A DNA stretch of 32,000 nt from Puniceicoccales bacterium (lineage in GTDB: Bacteria; Verrucomicrobiota; Verrucomicrobiia; Opitutales; JAIRLG01): assembly GCA_031288595.1 (NCBI GenBank), contig JAITRB010000013.1:26425-58424 (forward strand), in the 5' to 3' direction. Position 1 is the first letter of the stretch. Each line of letters begins with the position of its first letter. The notes below the pieces were generated by a model that was given only the letters and a program-made list of their open reading frames with translations, was not told the DNA's origin and did not search any database. Below are positions 27,719 through 32,000 of the stretch, one piece after another. Both the position numbers and the translations under genes were made by a program.

Positions 27719-27836
27719 CCCCAGCAGCCGACTTCTCGCCCTTCCTTTTCCCACAACAAGCCCGGCCTTTCCGTCCCAATATCCGTCCTCTAATCCTCAT
27801 CCGCCTCTTCTCCCAAAAGTATATTTTCAAAAAAAT

Positions 27837-28301
27837 ATGATACCCTGGATCACGATTTCACCGGAAATGGTCTACGACTATCTGGCAGCACCTCAGGTCG
27901 AGGGCCTCCGGCATTCCGCCCTTGCCCAGCAGCAGGAAGATCCCCTTCCGGAGATCATCCGTGACATCTGCGAGCAGATGCGCGCGGAGATCAGCGCCCA
28001 GCCGCAGAACCGGCTCGACCGCAGGGCCCATACCATTCCGCCCCATCTGAAGGCAACAGCCTGCTGGCTCATCATCGAGGCAGCCCAGACCCGCATTCCC
28101 GGCCTGAAGGCAAGCGAGGACCAGATTCGTCTGGCGGAACAGGCCCACCAGCGACTCCAGCGCATCGCCCAGGGAGAACTGCCCCTCGGGCAGCCGGACA
28201 GCAGCGACACCAGCGTTACCTACCGGCGCCCAGGGGCCCGCATCGACATCCTTCACCGGCGGCAGGGCCAGGCCACCGGCCATACACTCAGCGGATTTTG
28301 A
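27837..28301 (+). CDS. Head-tail connector-type protein (DUF1320 / Mu gp36-like)
   Basis: The ATG at 27837 in track ORF 27627..28301 gives 154 aa. The upstream part of the track ORF runs through the structured element. The pattern IIRDICEQMRAEI...ATACWLIIEAAQ...RLQRIAQGELPL resembles DUF1320. Confidence 0.5.
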   Translation: MIPWITISPEMVYDYLAAPQVEGLRHSALAQQQEDPLPEIIRDICEQMRAEISAQPQNRLDRRAHTIPPHLKATACWLIIEAAQTRIPGLKASEDQIRLAEQAHQRLQRIAQGELPLGQPDSSDTSVTYRRPGARIDILHRRQGQATGHTLSGF

Positions 28302-28302
28302 A

Positions 28303-28773
28303 ATGCAGAACCGAGCACCCAGCGTGCTGGAGGCCCTTCAGCGGGAGGTTTACGAGACCCTGTGCCAAATCGGCGGCTTCCGCGAGCTGCCGCTTCACTT
28401 CGGCTCACCCAGCAACTTCGAGGCCCAGCTCCGCCATCGGACCGAGATGAGCAGCGGCCTTCACCTCTACGTCCATCCGCCCATTCCACTGCGCATTGAG
28501 GAGGGCCTAGAGGGCCCGCTCTTCGATGAACTCGACCTCTGTATCGAGGTATTGGAACATTCTCTCAGCAACAACAGCCACTGGAGCGCCATCGCCGTCG
28601 CTGAGGAAGTCTGCCGGCAGCTCCACGGATTCGCCCTCTCTCCACCGGCCCTGCAGGGGCAGCTGGTCTGCCGATCGGACAGGCCCTGGGATTACGCCTT
28701 CGAAAACAGTCTTAGTCGTCTCCGGCTCCACTTCACGGCCACCGGCAGTCTCTCAATGCCCTCTTCATCATGA
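28303..28773 (+). CDS. Hypothetical phage head-completion/adaptor protein
   Basis: 156-aa ORF. Its ATG lies 1 nt after the previous stop, and its stop overlaps the next ATG (ATGA). Confidence 0.6.
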   Translation: MQNRAPSVLEALQREVYETLCQIGGFRELPLHFGSPSNFEAQLRHRTEMSSGLHLYVHPPIPLRIEEGLEGPLFDELDLCIEVLEHSLSNNSHWSAIAVAEEVCRQLHGFALSPPALQGQLVCRSDRPWDYAFENSLSRLRLHFTATGSLSMPSSS

Positions 28774-29174
28774 AAATCACCTTCGGCTCCCTCTCCCTCG
28801 CCGCCGGATTGGAATTCGGCGAATCTCCCTATGAGCTCAGGATTCAGGGGCATCGCCAGGTACAGATTGCGGAGCGCATCCGCGGTGACGAGATCAGGGC
28901 CTTCGATCGCGGGAATCTGCAGACCCAGTTCAGCTTCCGGGTCAAACGGAAGCACGATTCCGCCGAGGCTGCCCAGGCCTATGCCCTGTCTCACGCTGCC
29001 ACCCTTGCCCAGCAGAACGGCCCCCTGCGTCTCATCAACGAGCCCGGCGAGACGAGCTACACGCTCTCCGATGCTTCGGTCACACGGGTGGAATCCTCCA
29101 GTTCCCACAACATCTCCTTCCACAGCTACCAGATGGTCGGAGGTAAATTCACCGCTTCCACACAACTTTTCTGA
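28770..29174 (+). CDS. Hypothetical phage structural protein
   Basis: 134-aa ORF, translationally coupled by an ATGA overlap with the preceding ORF. Confidence 0.6.
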   Translation: MKITFGSLSLAAGLEFGESPYELRIQGHRQVQIAERIRGDEIRAFDRGNLQTQFSFRVKRKHDSAEAAQAYALSHAATLAQQNGPLRLINEPGETSYTLSDASVTRVESSSSHNISFHSYQMVGGKFTASTQLF

Positions 29175-29191
29175 AAAAAAACGATTCCACC

Positions 29192-30613
29192 ATGCCTATA
29201 CTTCAACGCTTTCCTATCCGCATCGCCGCGCTGATCGATTCCTTCGACCAGCCGCAGGACGTCTACCGGCACATGGCACCCCAGTTCTGGCGCGGCAATG
29301 ACCTGGAATTCCAAATCGGAATCCTCCGGGACAATCAGCCCATCGATATCTCCAACCTGAGCGCCATCCATCTGGCCATCAAGGTCCTCAACGCCGATGG
29401 AACTGCCCCCTCTGGTCAGCAGCCGAATCTCATGATCGGCCACGATAGAGTCCCGCAGAACATCGGCCTCAGCGATTGGAAAAATGGCAGTCAGCAACAC
29501 GCAACGGTTCATTTTTCCGCCGAGGAGAGCGCCATTCCAGCCGGCCACTACTGGCTGAGCATCTGGGCGACGACTCAGGACACGCCGGAGAAGGTGCTGA
29601 CCCTGAGCGCCGGCCACATTCGGGTGCTGGAAAATGGCGGTCTCTCGCTGGCCGCACCGGAACCGCAGAAGCTCTACTACGACGCCGAGACCTGCGACGC
29701 GCGCTATCTCCTCAAAGAGGACGACGTCACCTCTCTGATCGACGCGGCAGCCCTGCGCAGCTCCCTCGAACTCGGCACGCTGGCGGAACAGGATGCCGAT
29801 GCGGTCAGCATTTCTGGCCATGTGGACATCACCAGTGGCTCCATTGCCCAGATCAGCGACCTGTCTATCGCAGACGGCGGGACGGGCGCCTCGACAGCCA
29901 CCGATGCCTTTCAAAATCTCTCGCCGCTGACGACCAAGGGGGATCTCCTCAGCTCCGACGGGAGCTCCCATGGCCAACGCCTGGCTGTGGGAACGGAAGG
30001 ACAGGTTCTATGCGCCCATCCGGCCGCCAGTCAGGGCCTTGCCTGGGTCACCCGTCCCGGCCAGCTCCTGGCCCGGCAGAACGTCAGCACGAGCACGGCC
30101 GGCGTCGATTTCCTTCAAATCTTCGATGCCGCGAAGTTCCACCACTATAAACTGCACGTGCGGCACAACACCCGTTCCCCTGTCGACAGCCGGATGCAGC
30201 TGTTGCTGGGCGCCTCATCTCCGGGCGCAATTCCGTGGCTAGAAAACGCGGCGGACTACCGTTGGCAGACCTATGACATCCGCGGCAAGACGATTCGCGC
30301 GGAATCCACGGCGGACATAGGCGAACTGCCCTATTTCCCTCTGGGCAACAGCAGCGAGAGCTACCGTGCCGGCGATGGTTTTCTGCACCTGAATATCGAC
30401 ATCTGGAACGACGGCATCGCCGGCCATGCGGTGGCGGTAGCGGCCGTCGCCCATTACCTCTGGGTCAGCAAGGCGAACCACGACAGCGGCATGGGCCACT
30501 ACTGGGGCACTTATCTCAACTCCGGCGGCGATGTCGTCGATTCCCTGCGCTTCCAGAGCGCCGACGGCGGCAGCATCAGCGGGGGTTCCTACAGCATTTA
30601 CGGCATCGAATGA
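29192..30613 (+). CDS. Phage tail fibre / receptor-binding-like protein
   Basis: 473 aa. The central motif IADGGTGASTATDAFQNLSPLTTKGDLL...GTEGQVL...GLAWV is of the kind seen in many phage fibre proteins. A C-terminal beta-rich globular region follows. Confidence 0.55.
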   Translation: MPILQRFPIRIAALIDSFDQPQDVYRHMAPQFWRGNDLEFQIGILRDNQPIDISNLSAIHLAIKVLNADGTAPSGQQPNLMIGHDRVPQNIGLSDWKNGSQQHATVHFSAEESAIPAGHYWLSIWATTQDTPEKVLTLSAGHIRVLENGGLSLAAPEPQKLYYDAETCDARYLLKEDDVTSLIDAAALRSSLELGTLAEQDADAVSISGHVDITSGSIAQISDLSIADGGTGASTATDAFQNLSPLTTKGDLLSSDGSSHGQRLAVGTEGQVLCAHPAASQGLAWVTRPGQLLARQNVSTSTAGVDFLQIFDAAKFHHYKLHVRHNTRSPVDSRMQLLLGASSPGAIPWLENAADYRWQTYDIRGKTIRAESTADIGELPYFPLGNSSESYRAGDGFLHLNIDIWNDGIAGHAVAVAAVAHYLWVSKANHDSGMGHYWGTYLNSGGDVVDSLRFQSADGGSISGGSYSIYGIE

Positions 30614-30735
30614 TGGACGAGAGCATTCAGGCGGAACTGCAGGCCCTCTACCAGCAACTGCGGGAGCAGGAAGCCGCGACGCAGGCGGCGCTCCAACAGC
30701 TCAGCTCGCGCCTCGACAACCTGAGAAATTTTTAG
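30610..30735 (+). CDS. Small coiled-coil ORF (41 aa), not in the ORF track
   Basis: The ATG overlaps the fibre gene stop (ATGA at 30610-30613). Hand translation gives MMDESIQAELQALYQQLREQEAATQAALQQLSSRLDNLRNF, with TAG at 30733-30735. Confidence 0.45.
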   Translation: MMDESIQAELQALYQQLREQEAATQAALQQLSSRLDNLRNF

Positions 30736-30739
30736 GAAA

Positions 30740-32000
30740 ATGTGGTCACTGACTTACCAGAAGCAGCGGCGTTCCTTCGCCAGCTGGGGGATTTCCCGCG
30801 CTACGCGGGTGCTGAAGAATCAGGCCACCGACACCCTCACGCTGGAAAGGGACGGAGAGCATCCAAGTGCCTTCGCCTTCGGAGAGATGATTCAGGTCCA
30901 TCGCGGCGAGGAGATCTGGTTCCAGGGTACCGTGACAGAAACTCCCTCCTTCGACCGCGCGCGCAAGGCCTACCAGCGCCACGTCATCTCCGGTCCCTGG
31001 TGGTTTCTGGAGCAGACTATTTACCAGCAGAAGTGGAAGGAGAGCAGCGACAGTTCATCCGAGTACAGCCAGCTGCGCGATGTCTACAAGAGCCACCTGA
31101 TCCTCGGCCAGGATGAGAACGGTCAAGCCCTGACACTGGGGCAGCAGATCGGCGATATCATTGCTTACCTCTCGCGGGAAGCAGGCCTGCCCATCGCGCT
31201 CGACCCGCAGCTGGACCTGCCGATCTTCATTCCCTACGACGAGTGCAAAGATCTATCCTGCGCCGAGGTCATCCGACGGCTCCTGCGCTGGGCGCCGGAT
31301 ACGATCAGCTTCTTCGACTACACGGGCGAAATTCCCCGCCTTCACCTGAAACGCCAGGCCCAGCTGGAACTGCTGAACCTCGACAAAAAGGATCCCCAGC
31401 TCGGCCTCAATGAGCTTCAGGTGCGCCCGCGCCATGACCTGCAGATTCCAGCCGTCGTGCTGAAATTCGAAAAGACGCACACGGTCAACGGTCGTGTCTG
31501 GTCGACTCTGGAGACCCAGGCCTGGCCGGCCGGTGCCGATGGTACGGCTCCCCGCTCCCTCGTCATGACCATCGAACTGGAGGGCTCCCGTGCCACCTAT
31601 GTCCGGCAGAAAATCAGTTCGGAGCCCATCGACATGAACAGCATCAGCTGGTGGAAGTCACACCTGCCCGGCCTCGAAAACATTTCGGCCGAAGCCATCA
31701 CGGTGGAGGACGTCGAGCGCACGGGCGAGCTGCCCCGGGAGTTGACGGAGGGCTCCGTCGCCAGCTGGATGAACGCCTCCGCCGAGACCGACCTGATCCA
31801 GGCCCGCATTTCCTACACCAGCGACGAGGAATCGGTCTACCGCAAGCGCGTCGCGGTCAAGCTGCGCACGACGAATGCACTCTCCAAGACCTACCAATTC
31901 CTATCCTCCTACACTTCGGAGGAAAGCGTGCCAAGCGGCCTTGCGGAACAGCTCTACGCCGGTATCAGCCACCTGCCCTTCGAGGGTCAGCTCCACCTGG
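30740..32000 (+). CDS. Large phage structural ORF, 3' end beyond window (not in the ORF track)
   Basis: I translated frame 2 codon by codon from the ATG at 30740 to base 31999 and found no stop (420 codons: MWSLTYQKQRRSFASWGISRATRVLKNQ...). It starts 5 nt after the previous stop. Function is unknown (tail or baseplate by position). Confidence 0.7.
   Translation, partial: MWSLTYQKQRRSFASWGISRATRVLKNQATDTLTLERDGEHPSAFAFGEMIQVHRGEEIWFQGTVTETPSFDRARKAYQRHVISGPWWFLEQTIYQQKWKESSDSSSEYSQLRDVYKSHLILGQDENGQALTLGQQIGDIIAYLSREAGLPIALDPQLDLPIFIPYDECKDLSCAEVIRRLLRWAPDTISFFDYTGEIPRLHLKRQAQLELLNLDKKDPQLGLNELQVRPRHDLQIPAVVLKFEKTHTVNGRVWSTLETQAWPAGADGTAPRSLVMTIELEGSRATYVRQKISSEPIDMNSISWWKSHLPGLENISAEAITVEDVERTGELPRELTEGSVASWMNASAETDLIQARISYTSDEESVYRKRVAVKLRTTNALSKTYQFLSSYTSEESVPSGLAEQLYAGISHLPFEGQLHL

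Larger units (their letters stand above)
21883..32000 (+). mobile_element. Prophage or prophage remnant: Mu-like head morphogenesis module plus fibre genes, continuing past window end
   Basis: Thirteen co-oriented ORFs are tightly packed or overlapping, in the order terminase-portal-protease-decoration-capsid-connector-fibre. The left boundary is somewhere in 21532-21882. Confidence 0.7.

Noticed and set aside
29192-30613. A diversity-generating retroelement target (VR/TR pair) in the fibre-like gene.
   Set aside because: I could not find a second near-identical ~100-nt copy of its 3' region, or any reverse transcriptase gene, within the window. This cannot be excluded beyond 32000.

Overview
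Bacterial chromosomal window, G+C roughly in the high 50s % by eye (not computed). I cannot assign a taxon from sequence alone. Bases 1-21.5 kb form a housekeeping block: ComEC fragment, an adenylate-forming ligase, an orphan short GspE/PilB ATPase, rseP, deoA, a lower-G+C GT1 glycosyltransferase cassette, tRNA-Gln(TTG), frr, pyrH, a weakly RecO-like ORF, tlyA, an AT-rich GT8 glycosyltransferase, rho with a long low-complexity N-terminal region, a PpiD-like chaperone, rnhC and fbaB. From about 21.9 kb to the window end lies a tightly packed + strand phage morphogenesis operon with a Mu-like head module: terminase large subunit, DUF935-type portal, gpI-type protease/scaffold, DUF2190-type decoration protein, major capsid, DUF1320-like connector, a fibre-like protein, and a large ORF that runs off the end. 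The ORF track misses that last ORF and a 41-codon ORF before it. The most unusual signal is non-coding. Nine copies of an ~85-100 nt element occur, each a closing stem enclosing three back-to-back hairpins (short triloop hairpin, GCCCGC-N3-GCGGGC clamp, and a long arm that differs in sequence but is perfectly paired). They sit in both orientations in almost every larger intergenic spacer, and a divergent copy lies inside the prophage just after the capsid gene. Two elements lie next to diverged partial duplications of neighbouring gene ends (deoA 3' end, rnhC 5' region). I do not recognise this element as a described repeat or RNA family, but I could not search any database.
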